Shown: positions 38,308 to 51,494 of the stretch, one piece after another
Layout of the letters: each line of letters starts with the position of its first letter
How positions within the stretch are numbered: position 1 is the stretch's first letter
Source: Eledone cirrhosa
Lineage: Eukaryota
Length of the DNA stretch: 64,000 nucleotides
Direction of reading: 5' to 3'
Assembly (NCBI GenBank): GCA_964016885.1
Contig: OZ024740.1
Span: forward strand, 294,624,001-294,688,000
Program-made: the position numbers and the translations under genes
The notes under the pieces: generated by a model
Databases searched by the model: none
What the model was told of the DNA's origin: nothing
What the model saw: the letters and a program-made list of their open reading frames with translations, nothing else

Positions 38308-39601
38308 CTTTATCTATCCACTTCTCAGTTAACAGAATACCTTTTGCTCCTACACAGAAGAGCTTACTTATATGCTGTGTGAAATCAAGTTGAGGCTCTC
38401 CTCTATCTCACCTCTTGCACTCAGCTAGTCAACTCCACAATTTCACCCGACATACCTCTCATTATGCCAACATTGACAGTGGAAGCTCTGAAATGCATTC
38501 ATTACCTTATGGGAAAAGAGTATCCTGTGTTTTGGAGTCCACTTTCTGTAAAGACACATACACTAACATCAGAGTAACATTAAGGCTTAGCTATACATCC
38601 CATGTTCTCTAAATTAATACTTACTTAATACATCTGAATCTGAAAATGAGTTCTAACTTCAAAAACGTTTGTCTTACCTGTAATTAGCACATGTTAAATG
38701 CTATATGTTAAGGCAGCCTCCTTCATACTATAACTGTGGACTGAAATCTGACTTGTATTAAACACTCTGCTTGCAATAATGCACTTCATATAATTGATGT
38801 CATAGAATAACGAGAGCTTTCTCTGATATAGTAAAAAGGCAATGTGTCATCATCAACTTTGCTGATATTCTTGTTAGATTGCTGTGACAGGTTTTTCATG
38901 AACGAAGTGAATTCTGATTGGTTAAAAATAACACTGGCAAAGTTGTTTCATAGCATTAATGATTGAGGAATTTGAGTTGATCTGGAAAGGACTTTCCAAT
39001 TCCTTAGCCACATTGCTGCAACATCAAATCATTCTTATACTTTTGTATAGTTTGATTCCACTCAAAGAATCATCATGATTAAATTAATTGTGCCATGGAA
39101 GAGTGATAGTAAGTAAGTATGTGAATGAAAGCTGATTAACTACAAGAAGTTGAAGGAGGTATGCAAAATCTGAAGGCAGAAATTGATTGTACTTCTTTCA
39201 GAAGTGGGCTGCTGTAGTTTTGTTGCATCATCAATATCACTGCTCACTCTTGTGGTCCTCACCTGAAAGTAATGGAAGAATATTAACTACTTACTGCAAC
39301 TGGAAGAAAAGCTTACTTTATATAATATGTAATATAATATACATATATATGTGGTTGGCATTAGGAAGGGCATTCAGCCATAAAAACCAATCCAGAAATG
39401 GTTCTGTGTGAGCAAGACACGGTCATCTGATCTGACTTTTCTCATAATGGGACAATCCATCTAATCCATGCTAGCATGGAAAATGGATGTTAAATGGTAA
39501 TGATATATATATATATATATATATAATTGGTGTTGGATGCTTAAAGTGTTCGTATGTGGTAGGCCGTATGAGCACTCGATGCCCTCGTAGAGCAGAGTAT
39601 G

Positions 39602-39849
39602 ATACCACAGAAAAAAGAGAATTAGTGTTGTGACGAAAGGAATTTATTGGACATATTACAATTGTTTCTCGGGCACATTTTAGGAAAATCTGCTTCGTAG
39701 AATCGAGACCTATCCGAGGACCGCATGTTTTCAGAGTCAGGTTTGATCACCACATCGATCGTGCCTCGAGCTGGTCGCCCAAGAAACAATTGTAATATGG
39801 CCAATACATTTCTTTTGTTGCAACACTGATTCACTTTTTTCTGTGATAC
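39602..39849. mobile_element. MITE-like element with ~73-bp imperfect inverted arms
   Basis: CACAGAAAAAAG...CATATTACAATTGTTTCT is mirrored by AGAAACAATTGTAATATG...CTTTTTTCTGTG. Confidence 0.8.
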
Positions 39850-39927
39850 CTATTATTTTTATCTAAAGACATTTTCTTTCCAATTCCATCCCGCCCGTCC
39901 CCTTAATCTATTTTATTTCTCATTCTT

Positions 39928-39963
39928 TCTTCTGATGAAGGACTAACATCCGAAACGTTAAGA
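39928..39963 (+). ncRNA. Minimal type I hammerhead ribozyme motif in a Penelope-like pLTR relic
   Basis: UCUU-CUGAUGA-A-GGA(CUAACA)UCC-GAA-ACGU-U/AAGA: intact core, palindromic stem III, GUU triplet. Confidence 0.82.
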
Positions 39964-42900
39964 TCCTCTTCCTGCTATATCAAGCGTTAACCTAATATAT
40001 ACCTTCCATATACTGTACCGATTGTGTTGTTATTTCTGTTTACCTTTTACATACATATATATATATATAGTAGTAGTTTTATTGGTAGCTCAGTCTTATT
40101 TATCTACAACATCCAATGCTGCTCAAAGGAAACCATGTTTGAATTTTACGTCTAAGTGTCCTAGCTGCATATTTAGGAGAGTCAAAGAAGTTGAAAGAAA
40201 GAGATAATAGATTTAGTGAGTGTAGAGTGGGATGAAGAATAGTTGAGATAGGAGTGGGAATCAATGGGCTTACTGTTGTTGTTTAGCCTTAGGTGAGCAC
40301 TGATCAAGATCTATGGTTAAAGGTATTCCAGGCATGACTATCACATCTTTTTGTATATCTAGGACTAAACTATTCAATATAACTGGCATTTTTAAAGACA
40401 TTAGAGTGTGATCTGAGGGATCAAATTTTGCTATTTGTAGCACATCGAGCAACTGTATAGATGTTCTCTGGACAGGTAAAGGGCACAGTTTCTTACCACA
40501 ACAAATTCCAACTCACAGTTTTTGCAACTATATGTAAAAACCCTCCCACATATCTAAATACTTCTACAACACCAAGTCTAGGAAAACTTTCAAAAATAGA
40601 ACATGTAACACAAAAATAGTAGTAGCACCAACAGCATTATTAGCCGTAAACACTATACTGAGATGCTCAGTATCAGTAAGTACAGTGGAGCACCAGTTAT
40701 CATGTTTGAATAGAGTTCACCTTCTTCACCATATTTGAGGCTACCACCAGACTGTAACACACACATGTAGAATCAATAGCTGCATGCCACAATGTGCAGA
40801 GAGAACTATACATCACATCTAGATGTTTGGTTGACAGCCAATATGTCATAGGTCAGTGCAATCAGGGCTGACCTGTGGCTAGCATGGCCCTGATCTCTGT
40901 GTGATGGAAGATGTGGGACATCTTATATATATATATGTGTGTTCATGTCAAGTAACCAATAGTAAAACAACCTCTTTGTCATTTTTCAGCTTGTCCATTC
41001 CAGTATGTTGGCTTAACAGAGAAATCTGATGGTTTGATGGTTGAAAGCATCATATCAGTTTATTGTGGAGCACAAAGAATGTGTTAGTGCACCTAAAATA
41101 TTCTTGTCCAATGCAGCCAAAGAGGTTCATCAATTAATGTCTATTTTCTATACTTGCACGAGTTAGACAGGATGTCATGTTAGGCTTGACAGGTCAGGTG
41201 ATCACGACTTGCTCATAGGATTCATTTTTGATTTGGTTTTCTATGGTTGGAAACTTTTCCTAATGCCAATCTCTTTACAGTATGTACAGGGAGCTTATTT
41301 TGTGGCACCGACCACTACCATGTTATAGAGTGGACTGGGTGCTTTTTGTCATGGCACACACATATCATCATCATCACCGTTTAATGTTTATTTTCCATGC
41401 TTCCATATGTTAGATGGGCTGTCACATTACAAGGCAATACAAATCTATAAATGTTTTCACATACAGTCCCATTCATTTAACTTCTGTATTTTGGATATTA
41501 ATGGCTTCACAGATTCAGTCCCACTCATTCAGCCTCAAAATTTGGATATCAATGGCCTCAAGTTATATTTTTACATATTACTCAAAGACTGAGTGAGTTC
41601 CAACATTATTTTTACTTGGTTTAAAGATATAAGTTCCTTATATCTAAGAGTAAAACAAAGTCTCATTAATATTTATAGAAAGCAAGTCATCTCTCTCTGT
41701 TTGAATTTTAACCCTACATTGCTCTATATATAATATGTATTTTTGTGGTAAAGGCTTTATCTCACATAATATAAAATCTATGAGATTTTGATATTATTTA
41801 TTCTGAGAACAATATTTTAACATCAGTATGAGCAGCTAGTTACGGCTGGTTTGAACAGAAAGAGTTGAGAGAATTATGGCCGGATTTGGCTGGTTTAAAT
41901 GTTAAACAGTTAAACCACTAAAATCTGATAAAAAAAATAATGATCAGCTTAGTTAGTCAATTACGCCAAGTATATCTCTCCTTCAATTTTCAAGCCTTGT
42001 TCCCTTCCATTATAAATTTATAGAGGGCAGTGGATTGGCAGTATCGGTAGAGGGTCGGACGCCATGCTTTCCAGCATAGTTATGTCCCTTTACGGTCTGA
42101 GTTCAAATCCCACCGAGGTTAACTTTGCCTTTCATCTTTACGGGGTCGATAAAATAAAGTACCAGTAATGCAGTGGGTAATTGCTGGCCTTGTGTCAAAA
42201 GTAGAAACAATTATAAATTTATAGTCTTGTAAGAAAACAATATTCAAAGTAAATGATCATAACCCAGTATCAAATCTAGGCTACAATCATTTCATGTCAG
42301 TTAGCTACCAATTTAGGAAAATCATGAAAGTCACAATACTATTTCTGCAGCCTTAAAACATGTCATTGTACTTGGTCAATTGAAATAAATATTTATTTCA
42401 ATTTTAATCTTTAGTGAGGGGACTTGAAAAGCAAAAGAATTCTAGAGATGCAGTTTTTTTAAGTGAATGTTTGGAAGACAACTGTTAATTAATGATTGTG
42501 AAAGTCTCAGAAGCCGGTGTGAAGCTTAAAGTTTGCTGGTTACATAGAATTTGGTTTCACTGTCAGCATACAAGTCAGAAGTATCGCATCAGCCTGTTAT
42601 ATCTAGCTCAACATTTCAATTTATAAAAAGAAAAAAGGGTGGTGGATTGGCAGAATTATTAGAGTGTCAGACAAAATGCTTTGGGCTACCTGTTCTGGCT
42701 CTTTACATTCTAAATTCAAATCTTACCAAGGTCAACTATGCCTTTTGTCCTTCCAGAGGTGATAAAATAAAGTAGCAGTAAAGTACTGAAGTTGACTTAA
42801 TTTGAGGACTTTGTGCTTAAATTAGAAATCAATTCATAACATGAGAAGTTATGACATACTATGGGCATGTAGTTAGAATGTCTCAGGAAAGAAGCGCATG

Positions 42901-45257
42901 GACAGATTTTATAGGTAAAAACCAACCGACAGGAGAGCCAGGGGTAACCCCAAGCAAGATGGCTAGATAACATCCATGAACTTGGCTGGTCACGCTTGGG
43001 GATCCAGCCAGATCAGTTAGATATGGTTGCTTTTGACAGGACACGATGGAAGGGGTGTTTAAGGACTCTGCTTTCTCAACCCTCTCAGGAATAAGTGGAC
43101 GAAGAAGTTATGACAAAGTTTATGGTATGAATGATGAGAATGAAATAACAGTCAAAGCAAACTTTAACTAGTCTATTTAGAAACGAGTGTCTATTTAGAT
43201 ACGAGTGTCTGTAATTAGAATAATGAGAATGGTGAATGAACGACACTTTATATTAGTTGAAGCATTATAAGAGCTATAAAGGAATTTATAAAGAGCAATA
43301 GAAAAGGAATTACTATAAAATATCAATATTTTAATAATTTACAGAAATAAATATTAACTCTTAACATCCTGTAATGATTTAGCAGAAAATATTCTAAAAC
43401 AGGTAATTTAAATGTTTAGAGTATCTTTACTAGTGGACAAATCGTTGTGAAAATTTGTAGTAATTGAGTAAAGACTTCAATTTTTAATGTGATGCAGTCA
43501 CATTGCTGTTTTGTCGTACTTTTTAAAGAATGTTTTTCTAATGCGGTACATGATGTTAAGAGTTAAATACAGTTTAATATTTTTCATATTCGACTGTCCT
43601 TTTTTTGCTGACCTATGGTATAAACGTTCCATCCATACCACCCATTCTATTTTCAGACAATGTATCCTTCTTTTTTAAAGGTGTTTTGAAGGGAATTCAG
43701 CTATTTCCAGCTGGCTAGGAAACCTAGAGGGTGGCTTGTTTTGTTAATTCGCCCTATTTCTGCTTTCACTAACTCACACCTCGTATCAAAAAACATCCTG
43801 AATGCGATCTTTCTATCTTTTTTGTTTTTCAAACACATTATATCTAGGATCACATTATCTAATGTGCTTCTTTTCTTTCTTTCTTTTAAAAAAAAAAAAG
43901 ACGGTATGGTGTAATGTAACTGCTATTTCTAGCCGGTCGAGTGGTCATGTAGAGACTTTCTCGTCGGTTTGTTTTGTTTAGTCTCAGATCGGTCTAGGGC
44001 CGGATTAAATCATTTTGAAGCTCTTAACACTTAAAAGATTATGATGCCCCTCGCCCATATATAAAGTCTGTAAAGAATTGTTTCAGGAGCGACAAATACA
44101 TTTCTTTTCAATAAAATGGTGCGTCTCTTCCCTTCATACACCAAACATGTGTTTATTTTGTTTAATGGTTAATACAGTCATGCTTGATTATGCAAGTCTA
44201 TGATCAAAGACATTCCAGTCGTGACCACCACGTCTTTATTCTCCAAGTAGTGGATTACATTATCCAATGTATCCCTTATAAAGTGTTTACGGTGTGGTTT
44301 GAAGGAGATTTGTCAACTATTTCTTACGGATCGAGTCACCACATAGTTTCCCTCAGAAGCTCGTGTTGTTTTGTGCAGCAACAAGAGTAATTATTAAAGA
44401 TGCTCGAGTTATAAATTTATTTTGACTATACTGAAAGTTGCAACACCCTTTAATTTGCCTTATATTACCAAATTAATTTACAACACCTGAATAAACCATT
44501 AATATTTAACTAAAATTATTTATATATAAAGGGGCTGTTGTCAGCGTGAAATCACTTTCATGAAAATGTTTGGTGAAATATATCAAAACATAATCAACTA
44601 AAAGTTTAAAATACTTTACCTGCAGTGTGGAAAACTAAGGAAAATCTAGATAATAAAATATTATGATATAAATAGATAATAAAATGATGAGAAATAATTA
44701 AGTTTGGTAAATGGATCAAGGAACCGGAACTTGTAAATATTGAGGTGTCGCTGTTGTCAACGGTTTTACAGGAAAATGTGACTCGAAATAAAAACAATCA
44801 AAAACAAGCAAGACATGGAAATTGTACATTTTTGGAAAACAGAAAGTTTTATATAATCAATTCATATATTTTTCAGGATTTTTTGTCTACAGATACATAA
44901 CTTAAAAAACTAAAAACTAATACGATTAAATTTTCTAAATATACCAAAAAAAATTCTCGTCATTGAAAACATCCGCACAAGAGTTTCCTCCCCTGAATTG
45001 CTAAAACAAAATAAATCTAGTTTCACTTTATGTAATCTTTTTCTATTGTACTATATAATTTTCTCTACTGTAATGTGTAATCTTTCTCTACTATACCATG
45101 TAATCTTTTTCTACTATACTATAACATCTTTCTCTACTATACTATGTAATCTTTCTCTACTGTACTATGAACAAATTATTTAGGATAAAAATCATATCAA
45201 GTCAAATATAAAACACACAAAAGTTACATTTTTAAAAAAGTGGTTTCTTGAATAAAG

Positions 45258-45320
<63 letters not shown>

Positions 45321-45453
45321 CAATGAGTTATTTAATTTGTTGGTTATTCAACAAAATTAGTTTATAACAGATTAGAAGCACTCTACAATTTTCTTCTTGA
45401 TTATAATATCAAAAGTATTGATAAATGGAAACTATCTTTATAAAACCATATTT

Positions 45454-45513
45454 ATTTTATTATATATATTTCAAGGGTACCAACATTTTTGGTACGTTCT
45501 CATCAGATAAAAT
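45454..45513 (-). ncRNA. Hammerhead motif, same family as 62761-62822, decayed stem II
   Basis: AUUUUAU-CUGAUGA-GAACGUACC(...)GGUACCCUU-GAA-AUAUAUAU-A/AUAAAAU. Confidence 0.7.
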
Positions 45514-45655
45514 ATAAAGTTGTTTTACAGATAGTGACATATCCAAAACAAAAACTTATCGTTTTAAGTTCTGTTTGAATAGTTTGAATATATATATATA
45601 TATATATATATACAAAAAATATAAAGCAATCAAATTTTTGTTTAATGCATTTAAT

Positions 45656-45703
45656 TGCTGACGATCGTTTCTTCCAGACAACTGGTCTGGAATCGTCGGA
45701 GCA
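45656..45703 (-). ncRNA. Hammerhead-like motif with U4C core variant
   Basis: UGCU-CCGACGA-UUCCAGAC(CAGUU)GUCUGGAA-GAA-ACGAUCGU-C/AGCA: perfect stems, palindromic stem III, GUC triplet. Confidence 0.72.
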
Positions 45704-45821
45704 TACACAATGTTTAAACAAGTAATTACATTCTTAGTCTTTAGAACAGTCATTAAGATACATTATTATTAACAGTGTCAGTGACATCATATTGAAAAGC
45801 AAGAATAAAAAAATGATACTA

Positions 45822-45957
45822 CAGTGAAAAGATAGCAAAATATTGAAAGGTGTTATGCATGCTATTATTAATTTTCTTTGTGTAATAAGCTTGATATACT
45901 CACTTTTAGTAACACCCTCTTTATAACACGTTTCAATATTTTGCTATCTTTTCACTG
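45822..45957. mobile_element. 136-bp Tc1-type MITE
   Basis: TA|CAGTGAAAAGATAGCAAAATATTGAAA...TTTCAATATTTTGCTATCTTTTCACTG|TA. Confidence 0.8.
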
Positions 45958-46275
45958 TAATTAAATGCAATAAACAGAAATTTGATTGTTTAATATTTTG
46001 TATTTCTGCTCTGTAATACATTTGATAATCTACATTGAGCTAATTTTCTTACTGGTAATTAGGTAATACAAAATATTACCCTTTCTTATTTATAATTGTA
46101 TACAGATTATATATATAAGTATAAATACTATTATTATGAGGTTAACTTTGCCTTTCATCCTTACGGGGTCGATAAAATAAAGTACTGGGATGATTGCTGG
46201 CCTTGTGCCAAAAGTAGAAACAATTATTATTATTATTATTATTATTAAATATATATATATATGGCAGGAAGGTAT

Positions 46276-46318
46276 ACGTTGCTGACGATAGCTAATAAGC
46301 TTGAAACTAGTACAGCGT
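46276..46318 (+). ncRNA. Minimal type I hammerhead motif
   Basis: ACGUUG-CUGACGA-U-AGCU(AAUA)AGCU-U-GAA-ACUAGU-A/CAGCGU: 6-bp stem I, palindromic stem III, GUA triplet, U-U mismatch at the base of stem II. Confidence 0.7.
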
Positions 46319-46937
46319 TCCTTTGTCCGTGTTGAACAAATGAGCAACAATGGCTTAATTCGGGATGTTTGTTTACAAACACACCGAGCATTATAATAAA
46401 TGTTCGGTGAATCCATACGTACATATATGTATGTGTGCATGTATGTATATATATATACATACTACTGTACGTCTGTATACATGTATGTATGTACGTATAC
46501 ATACTTATATTTAAGTAACAGCCGTACTAAGAGTGAGAAATGAAATTTTGTTTCATTTTTTTATAAATATATATATATATAACAAAGAAGGTGTGGTAAG
46601 ATACCAGGTGGACCATAACGCACCAGAGTACTTCTTTCATACATGTATGTGTGTGTGTGTAATCTGAGTTTTTCGATTTGTTGGCATTTATGCAAACAAG
46701 CCTCTTTTCAAGCTATGTCAGGACCCCGTCATTCTTGCTCTTGTATTGGCATGTAAACAGAACTGCAGACACTAATGTTTCTGGGTGATTATCCTTCATC
46801 AGTACAGTATACTGCTTACCTGCCAACTGTCAGAGCTAGTGAAAATATATGATATTTTCTGAAATATACAGTGACTGACTGGCCTGATCAGATCTGCATA
46901 TTAGCAGACCCACTGATCAGCCAGATTTGTTAGTTAT

Positions 46938-46978
<41 letters not shown>

Positions 46979-47708
46979 TAAAACAACAACAGAAGACCGG
47001 ACTGGAAAATTTCCTAATCTGGCCTTCTGTTATTTTAATGGATACTCCAATCCTGCACTAGCCACAGGATACCACATCTACAATGGATGATTTGCATAAT
47101 GTTGAGTGCTTTAATTAATTTATTGCATCATTGTTTACCAACCTGAACCACCAGTTCTACTCATTAGTAAACAGCCTAACATAAATGGTATAAATATATA
47201 TATCTAGGGCAGGTAAAATTCCTGAGATCCATGGACGAGTTCTCTCCAGCAGTCTCTGTCCTTCGTCATTGCTGCTATGTCCTACAGCTTCCAGAGATCA
47301 GTGTCTGTCCTTAGGGCATCAACATGTCATCCTTGGTCTCACTCTTCCAGTGTGTCCGTGTAGGGACTCCCACAGGACCGCTGAGTGCAGTGTCAACTCT
47401 GAATGTTGGTGAGCATGTCCAGCTAACCTCAATCTCTCCAGTGTCACTTTCAGGCCTTTTCTCGTTTTAATTTTTTCATTGTCCATATATTTTGTTGAAT
47501 GTATGTGTGTCTTTCAAACTGATATGTATTAAACACTTATCAAACTGTCATGTATTAAACCTTTCTAAGAATGATATGTTCTAACTCCTTATAAAACTGT
47601 TATGTATTAAACTCTTATAAAACTGATATGCATTAAACCCTTATAAAACTGATATCTATCAAACCCTTATGTATTAAACCTTTATAAAACTTATATGTAT
47701 TAAACCCT

Positions 47709-49128
47709 GTGAACTATTGTCCAGTCAGTCTTACTAGTTGCATTGCCAAACTGATGGAATCCTGTGTCAGAGAAACACTTTGGAACTCTCATAGTCTTAT
47801 CCGGCCCTCGCAATTTGGATTTATCCCCAACTCCAGCTGCTGTGATCAACTTATCGAGTTTCTTGAAGACATCACCCGGATCACTGATGGCGGTTCATGG
47901 GTGGATGTTGTTTACCTTGACTTTGCGAAAGCTTTCAATTCTGTGCCACACAAAAGGCTTATGGCAAAACTCTCTACAATGGGTGTGAAGGATGATCTTT
48001 TTAACTGGTTGAAGTCCTTCATTCTCAGTCGAAGAGAGGTAGTCACGGTTCTGGGACAACATTCTTCACCATATGAGATGTCATCTGGTGTACCACAGGG
48101 ATCTGTTCTTGGCCCCCTTTTGTTTGTGGCATATATTAATGACATAGATGCCAACTTAAAGAATGCCACAGTACTAAAGTATGCAGATGACATCAAGCTG
48201 TACCTTGAGATAAAAAGGACAGATCCTGAACACTATAGATCTTGCTTGCAGTCTGACCTGGACACAATGCAACAATGGATCACAGACTGGCAACTCAAGC
48301 TAGCTGTGGACAAGTGCACCACCATGCATTTTGGGAGTAAAAACCCAGCGTCCACATACTCCCTCCACAGCACTAATATCAAGAAGTCTTTTTGCGAACG
48401 TGACCTGGGCATTATGGTCAGCAGCGATTTGCGTTGGACGAAGCACGTCTCTAAAATTGTCAAGAGGGCCGAGGGTGTCTTAGCATCACTCAGCAAGACC
48501 TTTGTTATCTGCTCTCCAGCTATCTATTTAAGGCTGTACATGGCTATGGTGCGGCCACACTTAGAATTTGCATCACCAGTCTGGAACCCCTATCTTGCTC
48601 AGAACATTGACCGCCTGGAAACTGTTCAGAGACATGCAACCAAGCGAATACCCTCCATCAGGCATCTACCATACTCTGAACACCTTGCTTCCCTGGGCAT
48701 GGATACATTGAAGCTCCAACGCCTGGCAACTGACTTGGTAAACACCCACAAAATTGTTAACCATCTTGCCAACAACAACCCTGAGTACCTTTTTGATTTC
48801 CATGTGTCTAACACACGTGGGCATGCCCACAAAGTCAGAAAACAGCACAGTTCCCATGACTTTTGGAAACATTTTTTCACGCTCAGAGTTGCTAAAGGAT
48901 GGAACAAACTACCTGCATCAGTTGTTAGCTGTTGAGACACTGCATCCTTTAAAACCTCCATTCTTCCCGAGATTCACCAACATTACACCTAATGTTCCCC
49001 CTCTATACACATACACACATGTATATCATGACTCATACACTATTCACTTCCCTGACATTTGTATATTATTCTATGTACTATACCTTTGAGCACTTTAAAC
49101 AATAATTTCATTATATTATTATTATTAT
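47709..49128 (+). mobile_element. 5'-truncated CR1/L2-group LINE; 408-aa RT reading frame, 3' UTR, (ATT)n tail
   Basis: PVSLTS, QFGF, YLDFAKAF, GVPQGSVLGP, YADD, ERDLG motifs. Confidence 0.95.
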
Positions 49129-49429
49129 TTAAACTGTTATATAATAAAACAAAATTTACCTTATAAATCATTAAAATGTTTCAGTTCTACTGTTTCAAAT
49201 ATATATTTCATTTCTAAAAAAAAGCCCGCTATATGCTTGTGTAAATCATTTTTATCAATAAAAATGAGAAATGTGCATTTACATAACTGAAGAAATATAC
49301 AATTAAGCCATTAATAACTTTGTACATCGTTTATATCGATAAAATAAATTTTGAAGAAATATCATAGTTGCATGCCATGTGCACAGACTAATATAATTAA
49401 CGAGTGAAAAATGTTGAGCCCCAATTACA

Positions 49430-50602
49430 GACCTTGCATTCGAGTCGATCTTCCAATCGAAGATGGTTGGCCTTGAGCAGTTGCTGAAGAATATTGAAGT
49501 AATCGAACCCCATCAAGGTTTTTTCATACTCAGAAACTATCTTTCAATTCCTAAGCTTCTATATATTCTCAGGGTCAGTTTTTCTCACAGACTTCTATCC
49601 TGCTTCCAATGCTTCAACGACCTATCTTCGAGAGACTCGAGTGCTTGGTCAATGTCAGACTTTCTCCAGAGTCCCGCGATCAGACTGTGTTGCCCAAGCG
49701 ATTTGGGGCTCTTGGTCTTCGTAAATGTGCATCCCTCTCTCTTGCTTCCTTTCTTGCACCCACGCTTGCTCCACCCTTTCTTCTCCAACATAGACTAGTT
49801 CCAACAGGGAGTTGGATGAAGCTCTCCTGCAATGGAGTGAGTTGGGCTTGTCTGTTCCTGACAGTCGAAGTCAGAGAGCTTGGGACGGCATAAGTTCAAA
49901 GGCTACCTTCGACCAATCGGATCAGTTTTTAAGGTGCCGCTTACTATGCCAGCATCAAGCACTCAGGTGATTGGGTTGATGCCCTACCCGTGGCTAATGT
50001 TGGTGGCCTACTCAGCTTGGACGAACTTCATGTCTCCATTGCCCTCAGAGTTGGAGCTGACTCTGTACAGGTCTGAAATGCCGATGTGGAAAACTCTTCG
50101 ACTCCAGTCTTTCTTGCCGCCTGAAAGCCGGTCGCTTTGTGTTACACGGCACTAAACTTTATTCTCAAGAGAGCTTTTGCCCGAGCAAACATCCCTTCAA
50201 TCTTAGAACCATCTGAGCTATCCAGAAGTGATGGGAAAAGCCCTGACGGCTTTACCCTGTGCCCCTGGTCGAGAGGCAGATGCTTTGTCTGGGACGTCAC
50301 AGTTAGTGACTCTTTTTGCTTCTTTCCACATTGTGGATGCTGTGGTTAGGGCGAGAGCCACAGCTTCCGCAGTCGAACGGAACAGAATCCTAAAACACCA
50401 CGATCTGTCGGCCAGCTACATTTTCCAGCTTGTGGCGCTTGAGACCTTTGTGGGAGTTGGGCTACTGACTGCGAGATTCCTATCTTTACTGGCAACTCGC
50501 CTAACAGAGGTAACTGGTGAAGCTTGCGACGGTGCTTGGTTGTTCCAGCGCATCAGCCGAGGTAACACTGCAAGCATGCTGGCTTGCCTTAAAAATCATT
50601 AG
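49430..50602 (+). mobile_element. Frameshifted CRE-clade-like non-LTR element (RT thumb + restriction-like endonuclease)
   Basis: IPKLLYILR, LPKRFGALG, RH.ALN, LEP..LSRSDGKSPDG..L.PW..G...VWDVTV, F..VALETF..G, WLFQRIS.RGN: PD-(D/E)xK-type REL domain pattern. Confidence 0.8.
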
Positions 50603-51494
50603 AGATTTCTCAGTGCTCCTCACGATACTGTTATTTTTTACTCTGTTAGCGGCTCGGTTGTCCACCCCTTTCATCTGCCTTTTGTTGTATGTGGTCCCAG
50701 ATGTGTGTGCTAACCGTTTGTTTTTTTATCTCTTCTATTTCTTTTCTTTTTTTTTTGTTTTCTCTTTCCCTTTCCTTTATATTATATTTGTTTGTGCTTT
50801 CGTTCTGTTAGCATTGTATTATATTTCTTTTTATACACCAATGAATAAAACTTGTAATAAATATGATAGAAGGGAGATAAGTACATATATACAAATACAT
50901 ATACATGTATGTGTGTGTTTTATGTTGGTGTATCTCATGCAAGAGGTTTATACTATGTAAGTAATAGGTTCATGCAGTAATGTGGAATCTAACCAATAAA
51001 TGAATGAGTAAATGATAAAATAAATTAAGTATATCTGTTGATGTGAAACATGTAGTTGAGATAAGTTTTATTGCATGTTCTCATGACCATTTCAGTGTTA
51101 AATAGAACTCATAATCACACACACTGACTTGTGTTCTCTTCTATAAACTATGAGTAAGTAATATAAACAAGGCTGCATTAATTGTTAAGCAAAATAAGTA
51201 CATGTTTAGGGAATCAAATGAAGAAGGTCACCATTTTATTTAAATTAAATGCATTTGTCATTAAAAATCTTTTTTGCAGATTTCATATATGGAGAGCAAC
51301 ATAATATTTTTTAGTGCTTAAAAAAAAGTTAATTTGGCCCTGAAGATAGTGGGGTTACATACTGTTTAGTGACATTGAATATATATCTCCATATATCATA
51401 TATCCATCTCTTCCTTACGATTTAAAGTTGTGTGTGGTCCCAGATGTGTACTTTTTTCTTTTCTCTTTCTGTTTTCCCTTTCCTTTATATTATA

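Noticed and set aside
46770-46805. Functional hammerhead on the - strand
   Set aside because: Core-like CUGAUGAAGG...GAAAC is present but stem I does not pair and stem III is mutated; kept only as a degenerate relic.
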